Assembly: GCA_022844165.1 (NCBI GenBank)
Contig: JALHMH010000001.1
Coordinates: forward strand, 224,001-288,000
Source: Lysobacterales bacterium
Lineage (GTDB): Bacteria; Pseudomonadota; Gammaproteobacteria; Xanthomonadales; SZUA-5
DNA: 64,000 nt
Direction: 5' to 3'
The position numbers were made by a program, and so were the translations under genes. Shown here in pieces: positions 12,673 through 21,170 of this stretch (position 1 is the stretch's first letter; every line of letters begins with the position of its first letter). The notes below the pieces were generated by a model that made no database searches, was not told where the DNA came from, and saw only the letters and a program-made list of their open reading frames with translations.

Positions 12673-14424
12673 ATGACCGAGCAACTCACCGGTGCCCAAA
12701 TCGTCGTCCGTGCGCTTCAAGACCAGGGCGTCGAGCACATTTTCGGATATCCCGGTGGCGCGGTTTTGCCGATTTACGATGCGCTCTTTCAACAGGACAG
12801 CATCGAGCATGTGTTGGTTCGTCATGAGCAAGGTGCGGCGCATGCGGCGGAAGGTTATGCGCGCTGTACCGGAAAGGTAGGTGTGTTGCTCGTCACCAGC
12901 GGGCCTGGTGCAACCAACGCAGTCACCGGTTTGGCCGATGCGATGATGGATTCGATCCCACTGGTCGCGATTACCGGGCAGGTGCCGACACATCTTATTG
13001 GCACCGATGCGTTCCAAGAGTGCGATACCGTTGGGATCACGCGTGCCTGCACCAAGCACAACTTCCTGGTGCGCGATGTCAATGAACTGGCGCGTGTGCT
13101 GCACGATGCGTTCTACATCGCCTCCACGGGACGGCCCGGCCCGGTGGTCGTGGATATCCCGAAGGACGTGCAGTTCAAGCGTGGTGACTATCAGAGCAAG
13201 AGCAACATCGTGCATCGCACGTATCGCCCGCGTGTGGAAGGCGATGCGCAGCGCATTGCCCAGGCCGTGGCGCTGATGGCCAGTGCGCGGCGGCCGGTGT
13301 TCTATACCGGTGGCGGCGTGATCAACTCCGGTACGCAAGCATCTAAGCTGCTGCGCGAATTGGTACGCATCACGGGCTTTCCGATCACATCAACATTGAT
13401 GGGCCTGGGCGCCTATCCGGCGAGCGACCGGCAATGGCTCGGCATGCTCGGCATGCATGGTACCTATGAAGCCAATCTGGCGATGAATCGCTGCGATGTG
13501 ATGATCAACATCGGGGCGCGATTCGATGATCGCGTGACGGGTCGATTGGACGCGTTTTCGCCAGCATCGAAGAAGATCCATGTCGACATTGATCCATCGT
13601 CGATTAACAAAACCGTGCGTGTGGACGTGCCGATCGTAGGCGATTGCGCGAACGTACTCGAAGCAATGATCGAAGCCTGGAAGACGTTGCCTCAAAAGCC
13701 CGATGTCGCCACGTTAACCGCGTGGTGGGCGCAAGTCGACGCGTGGCGCGCGCGCCGATCGTTGGCTTACGTCCAAGACGGTGACACGATCAAACCGCAA
13801 TACGCCGTTGAGCGCCTGTACCAGCTGACGAAAGGCCGCAAGACCTACATCACCACCGAAGTGGGCCAGCATCAGATGTGGGCCGCGCAGCATTACCACT
13901 TCGAAGAGCCGAATCGCTGGATGACCAGCGGTGGCTTGGGCACGATGGGCTACGGCATTCCGGCCGCTGTCGGTGTGCAAACCGCGCATCGCGACGCGCT
14001 GGTGATCGACATCGCCGGCGAAGCCTCGGTGCTGATGACCATGCAGGAAATTTCGACCGCCGTGCAATATCGGCTGCCGATCAAGATTTTCATCTTGAAC
14101 AACGAATACATGGGCATGGTGCGCCAGTGGCAGCAGTTGCTGCACGGTGGTCGCTACGCACACTCTTACTCGGAAGCCCTGCCGGATTTCGTCAAGCTTG
14201 CTGAGGCCTACGGCGCCAAGGGCATTCGCGCGATCAAGCCGTCCGAACTCGACGCCGCGATCCAAGACATGATCGACTTCGACGGGCCTGTCATTTTCGA
14301 CTGCGTCGTGGACAAGATGGAAAACTGCTACCCAATGATCCCTTCCGGTGCTGCGCACGACGAGATGATTCTTCCCGATGCAGTGCATGCAGGTGTGTCG
14401 GAAGCGGGGAAGATGTTGGTATGA
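12673..14424 (+). CDS. ilvI: Acetolactate synthase large subunit
   Basis: IFGYPGGAVLPIYD, RHEQGA, TSGGLGTMGYG. Confidence 0.95.
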   Translation: MTEQLTGAQIVVRALQDQGVEHIFGYPGGAVLPIYDALFQQDSIEHVLVRHEQGAAHAAEGYARCTGKVGVLLVTSGPGATNAVTGLADAMMDSIPLVAITGQVPTHLIGTDAFQECDTVGITRACTKHNFLVRDVNELARVLHDAFYIASTGRPGPVVVDIPKDVQFKRGDYQSKSNIVHRTYRPRVEGDAQRIAQAVALMASARRPVFYTGGGVINSGTQASKLLRELVRITGFPITSTLMGLGAYPASDRQWLGMLGMHGTYEANLAMNRCDVMINIGARFDDRVTGRLDAFSPASKKIHVDIDPSSINKTVRVDVPIVGDCANVLEAMIEAWKTLPQKPDVATLTAWWAQVDAWRARRSLAYVQDGDTIKPQYAVERLYQLTKGRKTYITTEVGQHQMWAAQHYHFEEPNRWMTSGGLGTMGYGIPAAVGVQTAHRDALVIDIAGEASVLMTMQEISTAVQYRLPIKIFILNNEYMGMVRQWQQLLHGGRYAHSYSEALPDFVKLAEAYGAKGIRAIKPSELDAAIQDMIDFDGPVIFDCVVDKMENCYPMIPSGAAHDEMILPDAVHAGVSEAGKMLV

Positions 14425-14942
14425 GTTGGATCGCGGTCACCACGCTTTTGGCGCTTGGCGCCGATTGCGGCGAACTAAAAATTGATGCCGAACAAGCGCG
14501 TGCGATTTTTCGCGTTACCATTGCACAGCAGAGCCCCGAACCCAAACGGTATCTTGGTCGCGCACTGGAGCCGAGATTTCGGTGCGAAGAAGGGCGCGGC
14601 GTGTGGATCATCAGCTCTCATGGTCCGAGCGGCAGCTTCGACGATTCCGAATTGGTCGTGATTGATGCAAATTCGGGGCGTGCCGATCATGCCACGGCCC
14701 CCTGCGCTGCCCCGCTGGCTCTAACGGCAGATCAAGCCCGAACGATTGCGGTGCAATTTGGCGAAGCCAACTCGGTTCGTTGGTCAGAATTTCATGAACG
14801 GTTTCTTCGTTCGCACTGCCGTCAAGGCGCGGCGCCGCACTGGCTGTTCTCCGCCATGCATCGTTCGCTCGCGCCCGATACGATGTTGCTCATTCAAATC
14901 GACGACGGCACCAGCGTCGCGTCAGACGTTCCTCAAGGCTAG
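14421..14942 (+). CDS. Hypothetical exported protein with an internal duplication
   Basis: ATGA overlap with ilvI, hydrophobic N-terminus, fills the ilvI-ilvH gap. Confidence 0.65.
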   Translation: MSWIAVTTLLALGADCGELKIDAEQARAIFRVTIAQQSPEPKRYLGRALEPRFRCEEGRGVWIISSHGPSGSFDDSELVVIDANSGRADHATAPCAAPLALTADQARTIAVQFGEANSVRWSEFHERFLRSHCRQGAAPHWLFSAMHRSLAPDTMLLIQIDDGTSVASDVPQG

Positions 14943-14970
14943 TCGCCGCTCAATCACAATTGGCATTCAC

Positions 14971-15513
14971 ATGACCCAACCCGCATCCGCCTACTTCCTG
15001 GTTGACGACAAAACCCGTGTCACGCGCGCCACGCTCTCGATCACTGTCGACAACGAAGTCGGCGCTTTGGCACGCGTCGTGGGCCTGTTCTCAGGTCGCG
15101 GCTACAACATTGAATCGCTCACGGTGGCCGAGACGGATCACCAGAAGCACACCTCGCGCATCACGGTGGTCACGTCCGGCACACCCCATGTCATCGATCA
15201 GATCAAGGCGCAATTGATGCGCTTGATTCCGGTGCATCGCGTGGTCGATTTGGCCGTCGACAAACCAGGATTGGAGCGGGAAATGGCGCTGGTCAAGATC
15301 GCTGCGACAGGAGAGCAGCGCGCGGAAGCGCTGCGTCTCGCCGAGGTCTTTCGCGCACGCGTCATCGACATATCGCCGCAGAGTTTTGTGTTTGAGTTGA
15401 CTGGCACCCCGGTCAAGATTGATGCCTTCGTCGAAATGATGATTCCGATCGGCCTCGTGGAGTTATCGCGCACCGGCGTCGTCGCGATCGGACGTGGCGC
15501 TGAGGCGACCTGA
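14971..15513 (+). CDS. ilvH: Acetolactate synthase small (regulatory) subunit
   Basis: LARVVGLFSGRGYNIESLTV ACT domain. Confidence 0.95.
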   Translation: MTQPASAYFLVDDKTRVTRATLSITVDNEVGALARVVGLFSGRGYNIESLTVAETDHQKHTSRITVVTSGTPHVIDQIKAQLMRLIPVHRVVDLAVDKPGLEREMALVKIAATGEQRAEALRLAEVFRARVIDISPQSFVFELTGTPVKIDAFVEMMIPIGLVELSRTGVVAIGRGAEAT

Positions 15514-15585
15514 CCGATGCGTGCTGCCTAGAGCAGGCCCCTGAGCGCCTGTCTCTCTTTGAGAGCCTCGATCATCCAGACCGCC

Positions 15586-16017
15586 TTAGGCAACCTTAGT
15601 GTTGGCCCAGATGTCAGTCGGTCCGTTTCCCACCGATTCCTTCAGCAGACGAACAGTGCGCATCACTGCCCGATGCATGTCTTGCATCTCACCGTATGGC
15701 ACATCGCGAGTTTCGTGGTAAGCAACCGCCAACCAGAGCGCGATGCCTCGAAGACGCAGCGGCACGTTGTCCGACTTAATGCGCTCAATGGCGATCGTCG
15801 TGCCGTTCCCCCAGGGACTGTAACGCTCGGCATTTTCGCTGGCATACAGATGCGGGGTCGCGTAAGAAGCTGCGTTGGCAAACTCCTTCTGCGTCAACCC
15901 GCAGAGCGCGCGCTTCTGATCCAGGGATAAACCGCCGATGGCCTTTTCCAGCTCTTTCAACTGACCGCGAAGGGTCAGGTAGCGAGCCAACGCCAACGTT
16001 CGAAAAACGAGTTTCAT
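15586..16017 (-). CDS. Hypothetical protein
   Basis: 143-aa ORF with a GGGGA RBS, fills the intergenic space. Confidence 0.7.
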   Translation of the reverse strand: MKLVFRTLALARYLTLRGQLKELEKAIGGLSLDQKRALCGLTQKEFANAASYATPHLYASENAERYSPWGNGTTIAIERIKSDNVPLRLRGIALWLAVAYHETRDVPYGEMQDMHRAVMRTVRLLKESVGNGPTDIWANTKVA

Positions 16018-16205
16018 GGAATTCCCCTGCCCAGAATGCACATATCTTGCCACAAAACGACATATCGCCACGGTGAATAATTGCGATGCGTGTCACATGT
16101 TGACGCTACGCGTCAGTGGGCGCGAAGACTGCCGTTCGTTTTCTGTGAAGTCAAGTTGCGGACAGCGTCGATCGTGTTCGCGAAGCTCGGGCTTCGCCAG
16201 GCGCT

Positions 16206-17723
16206 CTAAGCCACCGCTCGCGGAGACGCCGAGGCAGCGATGTTTTTGGTGTTTTCGACGTAATGCGCGCCAATGCTCTCACTGCGCTTTATGGCGGCCT
16301 CAATGATCAGCCGACAGACCAGGACCTGGCGAAGTGCGGGCGAGCCTGGCAAGAGTCGGCGCTCCATGACATGCATTTGTTGCAGAGCCTGCGTCAGCCG
16401 CTCTGGCGTGCGAACGATGCCGACATCGTTCCACATAATCTGCTGCGCCCGTGCGCTCACGAGCTTGTCGTTGGTCGAGAGCGGTCGAATGGGCGCCTGG
16501 GCCTGCGGATCTACTGCGGCGATCGGTTGCGCGGGTCCGCGCTGAGCGAGTCTCTCGCCAAGTGAGCGTCCATAGGCGATTGCTTCCAACAATGAATTGC
16601 TCGCCAGTCGGTTGGCGCCATGGACCCCCGTGCACGCCGCTTCGCCAACGGCATACAAGCCCTTGAGTGATGCCATGGAGTGCAAGTCGACCTTGATTCC
16701 ACCCATGTGATAGTGCGCCGCTGGCACCACCGGTACGAACTGCACTCGAGGATCTATCTGGCGGGCTTTGCACGCCTCAAAGAACGAAGGGAAGCGCGAG
16801 CGCAGGCTATCACCCATTTGCCGCGCGTCGATAAAGACGCGATGGCCGCGAGCCCACTGATCCCACACCGCGCGCGCAACGACATCGCGTGGCGCCAGTT
16901 CCGCCTGGCCACTGACGGCCCCCATAAAGCGCGAACCGGTCTCGTTGACCAGTGTTGCTCCAGCGCCGCGCAATGCCTCGGTCACCAGCGGCAGCTGTGT
17001 GTTCGAATCATCGGCTCTGGGTGCGAGTGCCGTGGGATGAAATTGCACGAACTCGAGATCCGCAAGCTCCGCGCCGGCGAGGTGCGCCAGCGCAATGCCG
17101 GAGCCATCAGCCTCGATTGGGTTCGTCGTGTAGCGATACAGTTGCCCGATGCCGCCAGTAGCAAGAACGACGTTGGGGGCCACAAGGCGCACCGTTTCGC
17201 CACGGCGATTGCGCAGGGCAACGCCGACCACGTTGCCGCCGCGTTTCAGCAGTTCCTGGGCTTCGCAAAACTCATAGCGTTCGATCCACGGCTGGCGTGT
17301 CATGGCCTCGCGCAAACAGCGCATCACTTCCGCGCCCGTAGCGTCGCCGCCGGCGTGCAGAATGCGCGGAAACGAATGTGCGGCCTCACGGCCCAGCGTC
17401 AAACGTCCTTGGTGCGTATCGAATTGAACGCCTAGCGACAACAACCAACGAATCACGTCTGGCGCGGCCTCGGCCAGCCATCGGACCGCGGATTTGTGGT
17501 TCAGGCGATGGCCTGCATGCAGCGTATCGGCGGCGTGCTGCGAAGGCGAGTCACCGGGCCCAACTGCCGCAGCGATACCACCTTGCGCCCAACAGCTGGC
17601 TCCATCCAGGCCGAGCACGCCCCGCGAGACCACAGCGACACGCAGCAGCCCGCCCGCGCCTAGCGCCACGCTCAGTCCGGCTGCTCCGCTGCCGACCACA
17701 ATCAGGTCGAATTGCTCTGCCAT
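16206..17723 (-). CDS. nadB: L-aspartate oxidase
   Basis: GSGAAG FAD motif, QFHPT, HYHMGG, GVHGANRLASNSLLE. Confidence 0.93.
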   Translation of the reverse strand: MAEQFDLIVVGSGAAGLSVALGAGGLLRVAVVSRGVLGLDGASCWAQGGIAAAVGPGDSPSQHAADTLHAGHRLNHKSAVRWLAEAAPDVIRWLLSLGVQFDTHQGRLTLGREAAHSFPRILHAGGDATGAEVMRCLREAMTRQPWIERYEFCEAQELLKRGGNVVGVALRNRRGETVRLVAPNVVLATGGIGQLYRYTTNPIEADGSGIALAHLAGAELADLEFVQFHPTALAPRADDSNTQLPLVTEALRGAGATLVNETGSRFMGAVSGQAELAPRDVVARAVWDQWARGHRVFIDARQMGDSLRSRFPSFFEACKARQIDPRVQFVPVVPAAHYHMGGIKVDLHSMASLKGLYAVGEAACTGVHGANRLASNSLLEAIAYGRSLGERLAQRGPAQPIAAVDPQAQAPIRPLSTNDKLVSARAQQIMWNDVGIVRTPERLTQALQQMHVMERRLLPGSPALRQVLVCRLIIEAAIKRSESIGAHYVENTKNIAASASPRAVA

Positions 17724-18061
17724 CACGCCCCCATCCATGACGACCGAGCGTCAGGAAATCAATCTTCATGTTGACCCATGGCCGTCACGTGAATTGTGCT
17801 GGCGACCACATTTTAGCCAGATACAGGCGCTAAATGTCAAAATATGACGTGAAAGGGCAGTTGGGAGATCCCGTGCAGTCAACCCGCGAACGCTTTTCGG
17901 ATCGCGTCGCTGACTATGTTTGCGCACGACCCTCCTACCCGCCGTTATTGGATGTGCTGAGATCGATCGGACTCTGTCCGCCGGCAAGAATTGCAGATAT
18001 CGGCGCGGGCACAGGATTATCGTCTCTGCGCTTGTTCGAAGCCGGCTTTGACGTCGTTGCC

Positions 18062-18298
18062 CTAGTGTGGTGTTCCGTCATTAAGTTGAACAATATTTCC
18101 GATGGATTTCGGCGTCAGGCAAGGCGCGACGAGGGTGAAAGTCGGTGGCTTTCGCGGCATGCCGCGAGCCGACTTGAACGACCGGCGGCTGCGCCGCCGG
18201 GCCGGACGACATAGCTCTTCTATGGCGACGAGAAGCAACGCTGCATGGGGTCGAAAGACGCGGAAATCGTTCAAGGTCATTACGGAACACCACACTAG
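18062..18298. mobile_element. MITE 1 (non-autonomous IS derivative) at a CTAG target
   Basis: Perfect 17-bp inverted termini CTAGTGTGGTGTTCCGT / ACGGAACACCACACTAG, extending imperfectly to about 40 bp; no transposase. Confidence 0.88.
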
Positions 18299-18450
18299 CA
18301 GGCTGTTGAGGAACAGCCTGCGGGCGCGAACCATGGATGGTTCGCACATGGGTCGAGCACGTAAGTGCTTGATCCATGGAGAGCGAGTCCGGACATGTGC
18401 CGGACTCGCGACTTGAGAAACGCACAGGAAGTGCGTTTCTCAACAATGTG
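18299..18450. mobile_element. MITE 2, five-hairpin element
   Basis: Flanked by CTAG/CTAA; imperfect TIR CAGGCTGTTGAGGAA versus CACATTGTTGAGAAA; five tandem stem-loops. Confidence 0.8.
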
Positions 18451-19007
18451 CTAAAGCCTAATGGGCCGATACGTGCGGCAGGAGAAGCGTTGTTGCCGCA
18501 GGTCGAATGGGCCGGGGGCACAGCTGAAGCAACAGGGCTTGGCGATATGAGCATCGACGCCTGGTTCGCGGCCCAAGCATTCCATTGGTTCGATCCGCTG
18601 GCAGCACGCCGCGAAGCTTTGCGTGTGCTCAAGCGCGACGCCTGTGGCGCAATACTGGTTTGGAATCAACGGCGGCTGGATGGCACGCCGTTTCATGCCG
18701 CTTACGAAGCATTGCTCATCGAGTTCGGTATCGACTACGGCTTGGTGCGTCATGATCACATCGACGTCCGACGCCTCGACGATTTTTTCGGTCCTCATGG
18801 TTCGACCGAGTGCCGACTGGAAAATGCGCAACGTCTGGATCGCGACGGCCACGTTGCAAGGCTCAAGTCGTCATCCTATATGCCGTCGATGGATCACCCA
18901 CGTTTCGGCGAAATGTTCTCCGTCGCAAACAGTGTGTTCGAGAGATTCCAATCGAATGGAATCGTCGAGTTCGAATATGATGTCCGCGTTTTGCACGGGC
19001 CGCTGCG

Positions 19008-19850
19008 GTGAGCCAAAGCCATTTGGAGAAACGGACTCAGATGTGCAGATCCGGCTCCGTCAAGGACGCTAGCGTGGAAATGACGGCAGCCTATCGTTTT
19101 TATCCGGGTCGCAACCAACGCTACTTCGTGCTTTGCGACCACGCAACGAATCGAGTGCCGACCGAGCTTAGTGGACTTGGTTTGCCAGCGATAGAGCGTC
19201 GGCGCCACATTGCCTGGGACATCGGCGCTGCTGATGTCGCACGACGATTGGCAGCGTATTTCGCTGCCCCCAGAATTGAGAGCCGCGTGTCGCGGTTGGT
19301 GATCGATGCCAATCGTGCCTGGGACGATCCGACGCTCATCCCAGAAAGCAGCGATGGCACCGTCATTCCCGGCAATTTGGATTTGAGCTTGGTCGAGCGA
19401 CAACGTCGATTCTTGACCTACCACGAACCGTACCATCGTCGCATCGCGCGTCACTTGGACCAACTCGCACGCCTGCCGCCGCTCGTCGTTTCGATTCACA
19501 GTTTTACGCCGCGGCTCGGCGCGCAGACTCGTCCTTGGCCGATCGGTGTGCTGTGGCGTCACGATCCAGAATTTGCCCACCGCCTGATTGCCGAGCTCGG
19601 CGTCGACGGTACTCTGGTTGGCGACAACCAACCGTACGACGGCCATGTCGCGATGGGATTTACAGTGGACTATCACGCTGTCCGTCGCGGTTCGCCGTAC
19701 ACGATGATTGAGTTGCGCCAGGACCAACTGGAAACGCCAGCCAGCCGACGGCTTTGGTCCTTGAAGCTATTCCGCGCACTTCAAGCTCTTACTGAGCCTG
19801 ATCCTGGTCAGAAAGAAGCCGCGAACCGCTTTCAGCTTCAAGAATGCTAG
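19008..19850 (+). CDS. N-formylglutamate amidohydrolase family protein
   Basis: LCDHATN, HIAWDIGA, SRLVIDANR, SIHSFTP; start uncertain. Confidence 0.9.
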   Translation: MSQSHLEKRTQMCRSGSVKDASVEMTAAYRFYPGRNQRYFVLCDHATNRVPTELSGLGLPAIERRRHIAWDIGAADVARRLAAYFAAPRIESRVSRLVIDANRAWDDPTLIPESSDGTVIPGNLDLSLVERQRRFLTYHEPYHRRIARHLDQLARLPPLVVSIHSFTPRLGAQTRPWPIGVLWRHDPEFAHRLIAELGVDGTLVGDNQPYDGHVAMGFTVDYHAVRRGSPYTMIELRQDQLETPASRRLWSLKLFRALQALTEPDPGQKEAANRFQLQEC

Positions 19851-20407
19851 GGCAAGGACGCCGCGAACCGCCGCCGTAGTCCGCAGGCGGTGAGCACTTG
19901 AGGCCATGGGAACTGCGGCCCGGGATCGCGTTTTCGACGCACCATTTGCGTGGCATCGTCGCTCGCGGGTACTTCGGTCAGGTCGAGGTCTTCGTGGCCA
20001 GCGATATCCGTGATCGACGGCGAACGAGCGCATATCCACAGCAGAATTTGCATCAGGCCGGCAATCTGGGCAGAAGAGTAGGGCTCGGTCATGGCCTGTC
20101 GTTGCGAATGCAGCCAATCTGGGTAACGACCGATGTTCACCAGTTCGATGCCGATGCTGCGGGCGTTCCATCCACGTGTGTGGTGTGCCACGCGCTCGAT
20201 CGGCACGTATTCGAATGCGCGACCATCGCGATCGAGATAGAAGTGGCCGCTGTTGCCTGTGCCACTTGGATAGCGCACCAGTTCGCCTTCGCGACGCGCA
20301 TCCGACAACTTCGGCAGTTCGGTGCAATGGATGATGACGATGTCCGGGTCGCGTGCACGGCGCTCGAGCAGATCGACGTAGGGCAAGTGCTCAATGTTAA
20401 TCTGCAT
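19847..20407 (-). CDS. N-acetylmuramoyl-L-alanine amidase (AmpD-like, Amidase_2)
   Basis: VIIHCT, AHHTRGWNARSIGIELVN, GHED, KRDPGPQFPW. Confidence 0.9.
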   Translation of the reverse strand: MQINIEHLPYVDLLERRARDPDIVIIHCTELPKLSDARREGELVRYPSGTGNSGHFYLDRDGRAFEYVPIERVAHHTRGWNARSIGIELVNIGRYPDWLHSQRQAMTEPYSSAQIAGLMQILLWICARSPSITDIAGHEDLDLTEVPASDDATQMVRRKRDPGPQFPWPQVLTACGLRRRFAASLP

Positions 20408-20438
20408 GTTCGTCGCGATCCGGACTCTTCTGGCGAAC

Positions 20439-20972
20439 ATGACACATATCGACCCGCCGCGTCATCCCGAGAATTGCAAAGGTCACGTGATCTTATCGCA
20501 TGGTATGGAAACCGGCCCCAATGCGACAAAAGTGACGCGCCTGGCGGCGCTGGCGGAGCAAATGGGCTTTAGTGCCCATCGTGTCGACGATGTTGGCATT
20601 TTCGACCCCGAATTGCGTATCGCCAGACTCCTGCCCCTGATTGACGCTGTGCCCAGGCCGTGCGTGTTGATGGGTTCGAGCCTTGGCGCCTACGTGTCTG
20701 GGCGCGCCTCATTGATACGCAACGTCGATGCCCTGTTCTTGCTTGCGCCACCGGTGCGAGTTCCGCCCCCGAATCCTATGCTCGCTTTGCGTGCGCCGCA
20801 TATTCGTATCGTGCATGGCTGGCGAGACGAACTGATCGCGGCCGGCGATGTGTTTGATCTCGCGGCGCAAACCAGAGCAACCCTGCATCTGGTCGATGCC
20901 GATCATCGGCTGACCTCGGTGATGGCAGATGTCGAACGCGAGTTTGCGACATTGTTAAGCTGCGTCGGGTGA
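20439..20972 (+). CDS. Alpha/beta hydrolase
   Basis: LSHG, GSSLG nucleophile elbow, HGWRDE, DHRL. Confidence 0.88.
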   Translation: MTHIDPPRHPENCKGHVILSHGMETGPNATKVTRLAALAEQMGFSAHRVDDVGIFDPELRIARLLPLIDAVPRPCVLMGSSLGAYVSGRASLIRNVDALFLLAPPVRVPPPNPMLALRAPHIRIVHGWRDELIAAGDVFDLAAQTRATLHLVDADHRLTSVMADVEREFATLLSCVG

Positions 20973-21170
20973 GCGGATTGACCACTGGCTCAACCTCGGG
21001 GCAAAGGCAATGAGTCGAGCAAGTGCGCGTCGCGATCGCCTCGCGGCGCCGGTCGACTTGTCGCCATGACAGTTTGAGTCGACGGCTGAAGGGCCTGCCT
21101 GAACATTGCCGAAATGTCCGCTAAGTCGTATCGTCCAAGGCCCGTCCGTGTTCAGTCAGGTGTCAGTCTT

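Larger units (their letters stand above)
17834..19011 (+). pseudogene. Class I SAM-dependent methyltransferase interrupted by two MITEs
   Basis: 5' part has ADIGAGTG and 3' part has AQAFHWFD; deleting 18066-18454 rejoins the halves in frame as DVVALEPNGPIRAAG. Confidence 0.9.

Noticed and set aside
18307-18372. Selenocysteine or readthrough of the two in-frame TGA codons in MITE 2
   Set aside because: MITE 1 shifts the frame upstream anyway, and the hairpins are explained by the element.
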